64,000 nucleotides of DNA from NCBI GenBank assembly GCA_943359395.1, contig CALRHH010000003.1:24846-88845 (forward strand). The letters are read 5' to 3'. Each line of letters opens with the position of its first letter. Position 1 is the first letter of the stretch. The notes under the pieces were generated by a model, which was not told the DNA's origin, searched no databases, and worked only from the letters and a program-made list of their open reading frames with translations. The DNA is from Candidatus Nomurabacteria bacterium (lineage in GTDB: Bacteria > Patescibacteriota > Minisyncoccia > Phycocordibacterales > UBA2100). The position numbers and the translations under genes are program-made. Of the stretch, positions 19,454 through 30,719 are shown piece by piece.

Positions 19454-19866
19454 ATCATCTTAACGTCTATTGAAACTCCGGACGGAAGGTCGATATTGGT
19501 CAATGCTTCAATGACTTTCGGCGCAGGATTCAAAATATCTATCATGCGCTTGTGGATGCGCATTTCGAACTGCTCGCGGGAGTCTTTATCGATAAATGCG
19601 GCACGGTTGACGGTGTATTTCTTTATATCGATAGGGAGCGGCACAGGACCGATGACTGTCGCATTGTAGCGAGCGGCAGTGTCGATGATTTGCTTCACGG
19701 ACTTGTCGAGGATGCCGTGCTCGTAGGCGCGGACCTTGATACGGAGGCGGTGAGCAGAATCAGATTTCTTAGCGCGTGGAGTAGGTGCAACGGAAGAGCC
19801 GTCTGCCGACTTGGCAGATTTGGCGCGCGGCTTGCGTGCCTTTTTGACTGTCTCTTCCGCTGTCAT
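19450..19866 (-). CDS. rpsJ: 30S ribosomal protein S10 with basic N-terminal extension
   Basis: LRIKVRAYEH, GPVPLP, DKDSREQFEMRIHKRMIDI, LPSGVSIDV; probable ATG at 19866. Confidence 0.95.
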   Translation of the reverse strand: MTAEETVKKARKPRAKSAKSADGSSVAPTPRAKKSDSAHRLRIKVRAYEHGILDKSVKQIIDTAARYNATVIGPVPLPIDIKKYTVNRAAFIDKDSREQFEMRIHKRMIDILNPAPKVIEALTNIDLPSGVSIDVKMM

Positions 19867-20148
19867 AGAACCCGAAGAGTATGCACCAGCTCGCCTGAAA
19901 ACGCAAGAGTGTGGCCTTCGCACACAGATACCTGTTGCCAGAGCATAACGCGAGCCACATACTAGAACAATGCTTGGACTCGGATGGGTTGTTTTTGTTG
20001 CTGAGGTTTTCCTGTCCATCTTTTTTGGTGCAATCTTCTGGCATTTTTGGACACACTCCGCAATGAGTCGCCCCGTCGCCACTCGAGCCATCATTGTATA
20101 CGCGTCGGGCTGCATTGTATTCCTCCTCTTCACGCTTTTTCTACCGAT

Positions 20149-21360
20149 ATGACCGACCTCCCCCCAGAAGACGAGCAAGTGCTCCTCGTCGTGCACAAAC
20201 ACTGGGCATCCCTTCTCCGTGAAGCCGCACTCACCTTGATACCGGGCTTCATCATTCTCGGGATTCTTTTTCTCTTTAGTGGTCTGCCGCTCACTTTGGC
20301 TGACACGTCGGTACACGCCATTATCGTGCTGCTCATACCGTTTTGTTTCCTCACTCTCTGGACGATACTCGCCATCCAGTGGACGAACTACTACCTCGAC
20401 ATGTTTGTCGTAACGGACCGACGCATCTTCTATACGACTCAGATAAACTTTACCGAACGAACCACCGCGCAGTGGCACCTTCACGACGTGAATCATGTGC
20501 AAGTCCATTTCAGCGGTCTTTTCGAATCGTTCTTCAAGTACGGATCCCTCGTTATTGAAGGTCGTGAAGAAGATACCTCCGCAAAAATAGAGGGAGTTCC
20601 AGACCCTGAGTACGTCGCCGCCGTCATTCTCAAACAGGGTGACCAGTATGGGCAGCTCAAAGAAACGGCGCGGAAACAGCGCGAACTCCTGCACTTCTTC
20701 AGCCACGAAGTGAAGGGCCACCTCGCCAAGAGCAAGGCGGCTTTCGCTTCTATAGTGGAAGGCGACTACGGTCCTCTTCCCTCTCCCCTCGACTCAATGG
20801 CGCATGCAGCGCTCGACGACTCGCAAAAGGGGGTGGATACTGTCATGTCGATGCTGGATAACTCCGATTCCGCAAGCGGCGCCATGCACTTCGACAAAAA
20901 GCTATTTGACCTCTCCACAACCACGCGACGGGTTGCGGATGAATTCCGCGAGCGCGTGCAAAAGAAGGGGCTCACCTTCTTGCTCTCAATCGACAACTCC
21001 TGCGTCGTAGAGGGCGACGAACAGAAATTCGAACAACATGTCCTCAGAAACCTCCTCGAAAACGCATTGCGCTACACCCCAGCAGGACATATCGAGGTAA
21101 CGCTCGAGCGCAGCGCGAGCGGCATTCGCCTCTCGGTCGCGGATACGGGAATCGGCATCAGCGAAAAAGATATGGGAAAACTCTTTACGGAAGGCGGCCA
21201 CGGCGAACATTCAAAAGAAACCAACACAGAATCCACCGGCTACGGACTCTTCGTCGCGAAGCAAGTGGTGGAAGGGACAGGGGGACGCATCTGGGCGAGC
21301 TCAAGCGGACCGAGCGCGGGCTCAAATTTTTTCGTCGAGTTTCCTTCAGCATCTATATAA
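20149..21360 (+). CDS. Sensor histidine kinase with 2 TM and bacterial PH-like domain
   Basis: SHEVKGHL H-box, NLLENALRYT, DTGIGI, GYGL; N-term KHW...VTDRRI...YGSLVIE; no response regulator nearby. Confidence 0.85.
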   Translation: MTDLPPEDEQVLLVVHKHWASLLREAALTLIPGFIILGILFLFSGLPLTLADTSVHAIIVLLIPFCFLTLWTILAIQWTNYYLDMFVVTDRRIFYTTQINFTERTTAQWHLHDVNHVQVHFSGLFESFFKYGSLVIEGREEDTSAKIEGVPDPEYVAAVILKQGDQYGQLKETARKQRELLHFFSHEVKGHLAKSKAAFASIVEGDYGPLPSPLDSMAHAALDDSQKGVDTVMSMLDNSDSASGAMHFDKKLFDLSTTTRRVADEFRERVQKKGLTFLLSIDNSCVVEGDEQKFEQHVLRNLLENALRYTPAGHIEVTLERSASGIRLSVADTGIGISEKDMGKLFTEGGHGEHSKETNTESTGYGLFVAKQVVEGTGGRIWASSSGPSAGSNFFVEFPSASI

Positions 21361-21463
21361 AAAATCGAGGGCGCGCAAGCCGTAGCAAGCGCGCCCTCAG
21401 AAACACCAGCAGGTACGGAGCCCCTTTCGCTGAGTTTGATTCTCAGTTTCTCTAGAGCGAGAC

Positions 21464-21886
21464 CTATTTCCGATCGGGGTCGAACGCAAAGGCAACGACT
21501 GATGCGCGATATGCGGCCATTTCACGCTCCGCCTTGAGTCGCTCGACGTCCATCATGAGTGTCAGCCGATCCTTTGTAGGCGAATCAGCCATCTCGACGA
21601 CTTTCTTCATTGTGTCGAGTTGGGCGATGAGAACTATTCCGATTTCAGCGAGCCAGTCATGCACAACCTCGCACGCATCTTTGTGTGCGATGTTGCGCTC
21701 GTGCCGACACCATTCCTTTTTTCGCTTCTGAGCTTCATTCACCCCGCCGTTAATCTTTTTTATTGCGGCGATGATTTCAGGCTTGGTCAGCAATTTGTTT
21801 GCTGACATCTTCTGGTCGGCGGCCTGAGCGACGCAGAGGCTGCCGACCAGCAATCCCGCAAACGCGGCACTAAGGATTCTGAGCAT
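21464..21886 (-). CDS. Secreted helical hypothetical protein
   Basis: Signal peptide ending AQA; purine-rich SD; TTGCAA-16-TATAAT with TG extension (21953..21980); hairpin ~21367..21398. Confidence 0.7.
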   Translation of the reverse strand: MLRILSAAFAGLLVGSLCVAQAADQKMSANKLLTKPEIIAAIKKINGGVNEAQKRKKEWCRHERNIAHKDACEVVHDWLAEIGIVLIAQLDTMKKVVEMADSPTKDRLTLMMDVERLKAEREMAAYRASVVAFAFDPDRK

Positions 21887-22062
21887 GACGTTCCCTTTCT
21901 CCGGTTATGCCAATTTAATCCCGCAACAGCGCAAGGATTTTCAACAGGTTTAATTATACCATATATACTGTAATTTGCAAGCTAATATGTGGATAATCCT
22001 TTATTCTTCGTACTGTCCCCTTTTGGGTAATATACCCTGCATCATACTGTTATCATGGTCAC

Positions 22063-24012
22063 ATGATCGGTAAGTGGGCTGGAATTCTCGTACTAACTGC
22101 AGCTACGGGATTTATCTTGTATTTCGAGAATGCGACGCTTCGTCCCCAGCCGCAGACACTCACCGCGCAGGCAGCGGGCGCACAGTCAAAGTATGATACC
22201 AAAGCAGCTGATTCACAGTGCCCCCAGCCAAGCGAGACAGCTGGATACAATAAAGACGTAGCTTTTGATGCTGTGTATGAGGATTGTGGTGTCACGCCCC
22301 CGCCAGAGCATACGGGGCAAACTGCCTCAGCTGTCCTCGCCGTGAATTGTCCGAAAAAGAGGAATCTCTATGGTAAGCCTTGCGTGGGTGATTTTATCAA
22401 AGCGTCTTGCAGTAAGCCCAATTTCTGCGATGGTCAGATGCCGAAATCTGAGTGCTACAACGGCAAGGAATGGGTGAAGAAGTGCGAAGTGACAAAAGTG
22501 GCTGGGGCAGAAATCACCAAACCATTCGACGTTGCTGCCACGGGCGACTTAGCGGGCGTAAAAGCCCCTGTAACGCCAAAAGTACCGACGCCGCCAATTC
22601 AAGGAGACACAATCAAAGCCGCATACAGCACAGATGAATTAAGTGCCGCCGCGCGCAAGGCTCCCGCCGCAACAAGAATAGAACCTACTATCCAGGCACC
22701 TGCAGCACCTGCAGCACCTGCATCCCCAGCGCCTGTAGCGCCGGCTGGTCCAGCGCTCAGTCCAGACTCGATTTAGACATCAAACAACACGCGTCCCTCC
22801 AATACCGCACCGCAAGGAAATTATCCCCTACAAGACTTGGCTCGAGCACAGACGACTTTTCAAAATCCAAATGCCCCAAGCGGATACCAGAGCTGGAGCT
22901 CCCGCCCGAGCAGCGGGTATATTTCCGGTTTTGCGTCTCTCATTGGCGGACTCTTCTCGGTTCCCGCCAACACGGTCGTCACCTACATACAATCTTTCCT
23001 CGGCTCTTCCCAGCCAACACCAAAGACCCCTCCTCCGACACAAACACAACCCGTCATCGTACAAAATATCGTACTCGCCCCAAACACTCTTATCGCCCCG
23101 CCTTCGCCCGATATCCTTGCACAAATTCTCGCTATCGGAAATCAGCAGGGCAAAAACCTCCCATCGACAGTTCAAAAAGTGACAGCGGCCGATACTACCG
23201 CCACGGTCTCTCCTGCCCCGTCCGTCTCCTCTACACCGCAAGAGCAGACGACAAACCCCACAACCGTACCGGGCAACGAGTCCAGACCGGCGAAATCGGC
23301 TGCAGACCTCTTGCCGAGCGACCAAGTCAGCACACTCTCAGACTCGCGGAAGGAGGCGGACGCGACGAGCACAGAGAGCACGTCGAGTCCCCGGTGGATT
23401 GAGCCTGAGGTTGTAGAGGTCGGTGTACCTGTCGATATCACGTACCCCGCAATCTACGAATCAGTCCTTGCCTACATCAACGGAGACTGGACTCAGAGAC
23501 TCCGCACAGCAACTCAGAATAAAGCCGCTCTCGCGCAGGCGGAATCGGAGCGCGCGGCAATCGTCGCCTATATTGAATCGCTTCAGGAAGCGCGAGCAGC
23601 GGGCATTTGTGATGAGATGTGTTCCGCTGCACTCTCGGCGCTTCAAAGAGACCTCCCCGAATGGCAATCGCGGGTAGATGAGTTGCAAACGGCGGTCAGG
23701 AAAGATGCTGAGCCGCAGCCCGTTCCCCCACCGACCGTCGGACAGATTAGCCGTGTGGCCGACAGCTTGGTCAGCCCTTTGTACGAAGTTCCGAGTGTGC
23801 CCGCTCCTCGAAGCGCTTCTGCACCTCCTGCGGTTGTAAGCGTAAGCTCGCAGGAAACCCTCCCTCCGCCGAGCGAAGTCAAGGGAGAAGCAACTATCTT
23901 GCGAATAGTACGGGGCATCTGGGAATCCTTAAAGTCATGGTTCTTGCCATCCGCGCAAGCGCCACGAGAAAAATGCTCGCTCTTCCTCTCGCTCTTCGGG
24001 AGGTGTAAGTAA
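22063..24012 (+). pseudogene. Large secreted Pro/Thr/Ser-rich protein interrupted by one in-frame TAG
   Basis: ORFs 22063..22776 and 22837..24012 share a frame; the only stop between them is TAG at 22774..22776. Confidence 0.6.
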
Positions 24013-24029
24013 CACGGTAGAGACACTCA

Positions 24030-24476
24030 CTACGCGCCCGCAAGGTCAGCGTAGTTGAAGAGTACACCAAACGCTTTGCACCACGTGAGGACGTAGCGAT
24101 ACCGCGCTATATCTACCCCAGCAGGAATCTCGTAATTGATATTCCCCTCCGTCGCACGCACTTGACCGAGGTCTATAAAGTCCATTGCTTCCATATCTTT
24201 GGCAAGATACACACGGATATCTGGGCCGTTGAGTGTCTTGAAATTCTCGTAGCGCACATACGCCTTACCGTCAGCCCGCACAATGCGCGCCGTCCCCGAG
24301 GCAGGATGGCCGGCCGTACCTATCACCTGCGCTGGCAACGTAACCTCCCGTGCGGACACAGGAGCCGTTTCGTTCGCCTGAATATGTATGAAGAGCGGAG
24401 AGAGACCGTAGTAAGCAAGCGCAAGAACGGGAACCATCAAGATAGCCCCAAAAATGTAGAGTGCTTTCGTCTTCAC
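24030..24476 (-). CDS. DM13-domain protein
   Basis: GHPASGTA, NFKTLNGPDIRVYL, GNINYEIP, WCKAFGVLF; N-terminal TM. Confidence 0.85.
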   Translation of the reverse strand: MKTKALYIFGAILMVPVLALAYYGLSPLFIHIQANETAPVSAREVTLPAQVIGTAGHPASGTARIVRADGKAYVRYENFKTLNGPDIRVYLAKDMEAMDFIDLGQVRATEGNINYEIPAGVDIARYRYVLTWCKAFGVLFNYADLAGA

Positions 24477-24558
24477 CCTGTCATTATACCGCCCAGGTTT
24501 TAGAGTAAAAAGTGGCATACATAATAAGCCTGCAACCGCAGGCTTATTATGTATGGGT

Positions 24559-25080
24559 TCAGGCGAGGATTTTTTCGATGGTGTTCCAATTTCGGGTGGT
24601 TATCTTCTTGCCGTACGATGCGCCGAGAAGTTTCATCACATCAGGCGTCTGCATCTTGGGATTGATTTCGAGCCAACTGTATACCTCGCCCGGAGTCACC
24701 TTCAGCACCGCATATTCATCGGTAAGACGCTGAGCCTTCATCGGTGAAGCTGGCTTCTCCGCGAGGAATGTCACATAGCGACGCGTCTGCGGGGTAACCT
24801 TGATGCCCTTGAATGGATTGGCCTTCTGCATTGTCTCTAGCTCCCCCACTGTGCGCACAATGACCCCGACATCAAATCCGAATTTCTTCTTGAGTGCCCC
24901 TTCAATCGTTTTCACGAGCGCGCTCGGCGTAGTCTTTCCCGAAGGGAAACGAACATTGCCGCTCGCGAGAAATGTCTGAACATCTTTGTACCCAAGTGAT
25001 TCCATGAGGGCGGCGAGCGCAGCCATTTTCACGATGCGCCTCCCCACATTAATCCCCAACAAAAACGCAACGTATTCCAC
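24559..25080 (-). CDS. DUF1697 family protein
   Basis: YVAFLLGINVG, VQTFLASGNV, TTRNWNTIEK. Confidence 0.85.
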   Translation of the reverse strand: MEYVAFLLGINVGRRIVKMAALAALMESLGYKDVQTFLASGNVRFPSGKTTPSALVKTIEGALKKKFGFDVGVIVRTVGELETMQKANPFKGIKVTPQTRRYVTFLAEKPASPMKAQRLTDEYAVLKVTPGEVYSWLEINPKMQTPDVMKLLGASYGKKITTRNWNTIEKILA

Positions 25081-25162
25081 TTCCGCATTATACCAAACCC
25101 GGTAGTCTGGCAAAAAATCCCGCTTGCACGGCGGGACCCTTGGGATACACCAACAGCTGAGA

Positions 25163-26236
25163 CTAGCGTTCTGTGGAAATACGATTGAACCACTCCCCGA
25201 GCTTTCCCGCATTCTTCGCGCGGACCAAGGCGGCAGCGGCACTGACTATTCCCTTTTCGGCCTCGGTCGGAATGATGATGGTGATGCCGTCTCTGATGAA
25301 GCCCGTTCGGGCAGTCACCTCTTGCTCAATGGAGAGCTTTCGCTCTTTGAGCGCGAGTGTCTGTGCTTCCTCGGCAACAATATTCTGTTGGTCGGGAGTG
25401 AGAGATGCAAAGACAGTGCCGTTCATAACCATAAGCGTCAAAAACAAGTTGTGCTCTGTCTGAAGGACGGTCTTAATCTTATTGAATGCGGCGGGAGCTT
25501 TCGAACGATACGATTCGACGCGTATCATTTCTGCCTCTATCACCTGCAGACTGTCGTTCGCAATTCCCTCTTCCCACGCAGTCGATTGTTCGGGAACGTT
25601 ACTCTGCACAACGACACCCAATCCCTGCAAAAAGTCCTTCGAAAGGTACTGGACGGATGACGTGCGAAGGCCCGTGAGGTCGGCCAGCGACGAGATTGGT
25701 TTCGTCGTGAAAATGTCTCGATATCCGCCACTGTACGTAAAAGAGAGCGCATGAAGCTTCCCGCCAGAACCCGTATTTACCACGTCGCGCAACGCGTCCC
25801 CCACTGGCCCGTCGAGAACACGCGCAACCTGTTCGTGACTTGAAAATATCCCTGGTGCGTTGAGGATATCAAGCGGGTAGAGCGCGGGGTAAAGCTCTGA
25901 GTAACTAGTCACAGAAACCTGAGACATATCGGCTGCACCGCTATTCACCTCGGCGAGTCCTAAAGTATAAGTGGTTTTCGGACTACTGTAATCAACCGCG
26001 GAATAATTCGGGTCCACCAAGCGTATCGTGATAGCTCCTTGTGTACGCTGGTTGACCTTATCAGCAAATTCCTGGAGAAGAGCAACGTTATCGGTATTAT
26101 CCGGCTTGTGCGCCATGATAAAAGTGAGCGTCCGAGTCGCGACGGGGGTTGTCGCATAGTTTGCAAAGACGTAGTACCCGATTCCCGCTATTGCGAGAAC
26201 TGCAATTACGAGATAGGTGCTCCTGCTAGATGTCAT
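25163..26236 (-). CDS. Membrane-anchored TRAP-type substrate-binding protein (DctP-like)
   Basis: N-terminal TM; FTYSGGYR, PISSLADLTGL, HNLFLT, FASLTPDQQ. Confidence 0.8.
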   Translation of the reverse strand: MTSSRSTYLVIAVLAIAGIGYYVFANYATTPVATRTLTFIMAHKPDNTDNVALLQEFADKVNQRTQGAITIRLVDPNYSAVDYSSPKTTYTLGLAEVNSGAADMSQVSVTSYSELYPALYPLDILNAPGIFSSHEQVARVLDGPVGDALRDVVNTGSGGKLHALSFTYSGGYRDIFTTKPISSLADLTGLRTSSVQYLSKDFLQGLGVVVQSNVPEQSTAWEEGIANDSLQVIEAEMIRVESYRSKAPAAFNKIKTVLQTEHNLFLTLMVMNGTVFASLTPDQQNIVAEEAQTLALKERKLSIEQEVTARTGFIRDGITIIIPTEAEKGIVSAAAALVRAKNAGKLGEWFNRISTER

Positions 26237-26308
26237 ATATATCGAGTACCGTAGTACAGTAACAATATAGCACAATGTTTTCTACAATGTCACTCTACTC
26301 CCCAAAAC

Positions 26309-26725
26309 TCATTTCCTACGAAGAAACTCCTCCCCCGCCACCTTCGCGACAGGAGTTACGGCGAAGTGTATAGCGTAGAGAAGCCCGCCGATAATAGCGA
26401 GATTCTTCAGGATTTGCGTAAGGCTTACATAATCCCAAAAGCCCCAGTATACGACGAGGGTCAGAATGAAGGTGAGGACCGAGATGCTGTAGGCGGCAAT
26501 CTTCGTTTTAAAACCAAAAAGTAGCGCGAGCCCGCACCCGAGCTCAACGATGATTGCAATCGCGACCACAATTTCCGGCATCGGGAATCCGTGCGAACCC
26601 ATAAAAAGTACGGAACCCGGAAAATCAAGGAGCTTCGACGCCCCATGAAAGATGAAAAGCAACGAGAGAAGTACCCGTCCCGCAACAGGTAGGTGTGTCT
26701 CTAGCAATGAGTGGCTCGGATTCAT
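26309..26725 (-). CDS. DoxX family membrane protein
   Basis: GRVLLSLLFIFHGASK, ELGCGLALLFG, KNLAIIGGLL. Confidence 0.9.
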   Translation of the reverse strand: MNPSHSLLETHLPVAGRVLLSLLFIFHGASKLLDFPGSVLFMGSHGFPMPEIVVAIAIIVELGCGLALLFGFKTKIAAYSISVLTFILTLVVYWGFWDYVSLTQILKNLAIIGGLLYAIHFAVTPVAKVAGEEFLRRK

Positions 26726-26744
26726 ATGTGAGGGGTGAAGTTGC

Positions 26745-27248
26745 TCATAATTTCCGCACAGTGTCGAGCTGCTCGACCATGTCGAGGTCGCTATCGCGCA
26801 TGAGTACTATCGCTGCAGCGGTACACTTCCCGCTTTTCACATCATCAAGCGTCACCCGATGATCCATCTTTCCATCACATATCAGTACTGATCTATTCTG
26901 TGAGCAAATACCGAACGTCTTCCCAGCCTCAGGGCTGTAAAAATAAAAAAATGGGTGTTTTTCGGAAGAAAAAGGCTTGTCCCGACCTAAATCGGTGTAT
27001 ACGAGCGATGCGTCTGGGTATTCCTTCTTTATACGCAAACCAGAATCAGGCTCGTGGAGTTGAGTATACACATCGGCTATTTTTCCAGACATACCCGTAG
27101 TAGTAATACGCTTCAACACAGCAACAGGCGTGCCTTGCGCGTCACGTCCCGCCTTCATAAATCCGAGTACGCCAAGCAGTGCAATGAGCACAAATCCAAC
27201 AACCCACATTTGCCGACGCTTAAGATGTGTAGAAAGATAAAAATTCAC
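26745..27248 (-). CDS. Membrane-anchored hypothetical protein
   Basis: ORF with N-terminal TM filling the gap; start uncertain. Confidence 0.6.
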   Translation of the reverse strand: MNFYLSTHLKRRQMWVVGFVLIALLGVLGFMKAGRDAQGTPVAVLKRITTTGMSGKIADVYTQLHEPDSGLRIKKEYPDASLVYTDLGRDKPFSSEKHPFFYFYSPEAGKTFGICSQNRSVLICDGKMDHRVTLDDVKSGKCTAAAIVLMRDSDLDMVEQLDTVRKL

Positions 27249-27290
27249 CTCCGCATTGTATCACTGGGAGATTCCGAGCCTTACCCAGAC

Positions 27291-27322
27291 AACAAAACCC
27301 CGCCGAGGGGCGGGGTTTTGTT
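27291..27322 (-). terminator. Intrinsic terminator after tuf
   Basis: AACAAAACCCCGCC-GAGG-GGCGGGGTTTTGTT. Confidence 0.8.
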
Positions 27323-27351
27323 TGCGAACGATTCCCGTTTGAAGACTTGGA

Positions 27352-28554
<1,203 letters not shown>

Positions 28555-28813
28555 ATAATTTAATTCCTTAAAACTAATAATCGGGATAAATCCCTCATAT
28601 CATGTCTTCGCTCGGATGAAGTGTAAGTGAAACTTCCACTTCAGTTCCTCGCTAGCCACGATAATTTATAATCTGCGCCAACGCTTTGGATGAGGCGAGA
28701 GCCTCGGTGCTCGGCGTATTCCTTGCGGGAGATATCCTTCGTTTAAAGCGGTTCGCTAGGCCGCACGGTGGAAATCCCGGACAAAATAATACGCACAGAG
28801 CGTGCGTCGGGAC

Positions 28814-28841
28814 ATAGTAGCAGAAGCCGCTTTTGCGTCAA
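28814..28841 (-). promoter_or_regulatory. Probable tuf promoter
   Basis: Minus strand TTGACG-16-TACTAT with TGn extension, giving a ~250-nt leader. Confidence 0.55.
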
Positions 28842-28937
28842 GCTTTTGTGCGCGTCCAGTACATTTGGCACTCTTTGCAGGATGGTGTAATGCGAAAACT
28901 CGAGGTCGGAAACACCGGGGACGTAAAGATGTTTGTA

Positions 28938-30179
28938 TCAAAACCATCGCTTGAAAACATCCAACAGGCAGCCGAAGAACGTCGAGCAGTTTGGAGCATT
29001 CCCGGAAAAAAGATATTCCCCTTTGTCCACGAGTTGGTCCGGCCCTTTTTCGACTTCTGGAATTATGGAATGCGCGAGGATGTATGGGTCATGACGGATT
29101 CCTGTGACCATCCACGAGATCTCTTTGCCCGGCAGACCGCCGCCCACGACAAACGTATTGTCCTTCACTTCGTGCTTCACGTGCAGTTCCGGCATCGGCG
29201 CATCGATCGGGCGCAAGAAATACTGGAAGTCTTTGTTGAGCGCCTCGAAATATGCCGGCAAACGTATGGTCGCCATACCATCTTTCCCGATGACGGCGGT
29301 GCCCGCGTACTCATTGAGCGCATCCGGCGATTCGACGAATGAGTGGTACAGCAGCTCGTTTGCCGGATCCGCAGGATTGTCGATGACGAACGTCCCCGAT
29401 CCTTTGGTGAGATTACTGGAGACCGTTATGTTGCCAACGACCGATACCGCTTTGTTGATGCTGAGGTTGCGTGAAGAGGAGGGTAGGGTCCACGTAATTG
29501 AAACAGAGCCGGCGGTGCCACCTGAGCCGTTAGAGCCATCAGACGTGTATCCACCGCAAAACGGGTCTATGGAACCCGCAGGACTCCCGGCACCTCCGCT
29601 ACCGCCCGAACCAACGGTCACTGTGATATTTTGGCCCGTCGTGGGTGCACCAGCACCACCCGATGCCCACGTCTTGACCGCCTTTCCACCCGCGCCACCG
29701 GAACCACCAGAACCGCCTGAGGCCTGAGAGCCATTTCCCCCTGCTCCGCCACCCCCGCCGCCACTCCCTCCACCAGTAGTATTGGTGTCGCCCCCCGATG
29801 CGGTGCCGCTAGAGCCAGCGCTCCCGTTTTGGGATGCATATTGCCCCCCCGAACCGCCACCTCCGCTCCCACCGCTTACAGTGACCGAAGAGGCGAAAGA
29901 ACTTGCTCCACCACTTCCACCAGAACCGCCCAGAGCATAGGGATTAGTTGCGCTATTGCAGTATTCCCCTGAGCTAAGCCAGGCGGAACCGCCCGCTCCT
30001 CCTGCCCCGCCACCCCCTGCGCCGTTTACCGTCACCGTGAGCGAGCCGTACGAGGGAACGGTGAATGTGCCTGATGATGTGAAGTTCTGGGAACCAGCAA
30101 AGGCAAGCGCAGGCAATGCAAAGATGGCGAATGAGGCAAGCGCCAAGACTCCTAATCGATGTAGCGGCGTTATTTGCAT
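28938..30179 (-). CDS. Secreted glycine-rich (tail-fibre-like) protein with conserved C-terminal domain
   Basis: Signal peptide; FTSSGTFTVP...GGAGG...VTVGSGG...GSVSITW Gly-rich domain; FVIDNP...YHSFVESP...VSWMVTGIRHDPY. Confidence 0.75.
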   Translation of the reverse strand: MQITPLHRLGVLALASFAIFALPALAFAGSQNFTSSGTFTVPSYGSLTVTVNGAGGGGAGGAGGSAWLSSGEYCNSATNPYALGGSGGSGGASSFASSVTVSGGSGGGGSGGQYASQNGSAGSSGTASGGDTNTTGGGSGGGGGGAGGNGSQASGGSGGSGGAGGKAVKTWASGGAGAPTTGQNITVTVGSGGSGGAGSPAGSIDPFCGGYTSDGSNGSGGTAGSVSITWTLPSSSRNLSINKAVSVVGNITVSSNLTKGSGTFVIDNPADPANELLYHSFVESPDALNEYAGTAVIGKDGMATIRLPAYFEALNKDFQYFLRPIDAPMPELHVKHEVKDNTFVVGGGLPGKEISWMVTGIRHDPYILAHSIIPEVEKGPDQLVDKGEYLFSGNAPNCSTFFGCLLDVFKRWF

Positions 30180-30718
30180 AACGGTTCAAAGACGCACTCC
30201 CCTTTATCGAGGAGCGCGCTGGGACCCTTCTCGACTTCAGGAACGATAGGATGCGCGAGGATGTACGGGTCGTGACGGATTCCTGTGACCATCCAGCTCA
30301 CCTCGCCGCCTGGTGCACCGCCGCCGATGACGAACGCGTTGTCTTGTATCTTTTGTTTAATGTACAGATTGGGCATCGACGCGTTCATTGGGAAGAATTG
30401 ATAAGTGGAATCCTTGTTGAGTGCCTCAAAGTAATCCGGTAGTTGAATTGTCGCTTCGCCTTTTCCATCGAACTGTGCGATTCCATTGTATTGATTCAGC
30501 GTATCGGGCGATTCGACGAACGAATGGTACAGGAGTTTGTTGGCAGGGTCCGTCGGATGGTCGATGACGAAGGTGCCTGCACCTTTGGAGATTGAGCCTG
30601 TGATATCAAACGTGCTCTTCGTAAGCAGGTTTGCATTGATGGTGAGCGCCGCTCGCGCCACAGGAGTGAGGGCGATAATCATGACAACGCCAACTCCGAG
30701 AATAAAGTATCGTCTCAT
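30170..30718 (-). CDS. Secreted protein consisting only of the shared C-terminal domain
   Basis: Probable start MRRYFIL; signal peptide then FVIDHP...YHSFVESP...RHDPY. Confidence 0.7.
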   Translation of the reverse strand: MRRYFILGVGVVMIIALTPVARAALTINANLLTKSTFDITGSISKGAGTFVIDHPTDPANKLLYHSFVESPDTLNQYNGIAQFDGKGEATIQLPDYFEALNKDSTYQFFPMNASMPNLYIKQKIQDNAFVIGGGAPGGEVSWMVTGIRHDPYILAHPIVPEVEKGPSALLDKGECVFEPLCK

Positions 30719-30719
30719 A

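Noticed and set aside
19867-20721. 423-aa version of rpsJ
   Set aside because: The extension is antisense to the histidine kinase and starts at GTG; S10 homology is confined to the last ~105 aa.
22774-22776. Alternative genetic code or pyrrolysine
   Set aside because: TAG, TGA and TAA all end conserved genes normally, and there are no pyl genes in the window.
28555-28937. tRNA genes upstream of tuf
   Set aside because: No T-loop GTTCRA in a cloverleaf context; only short hairpins.
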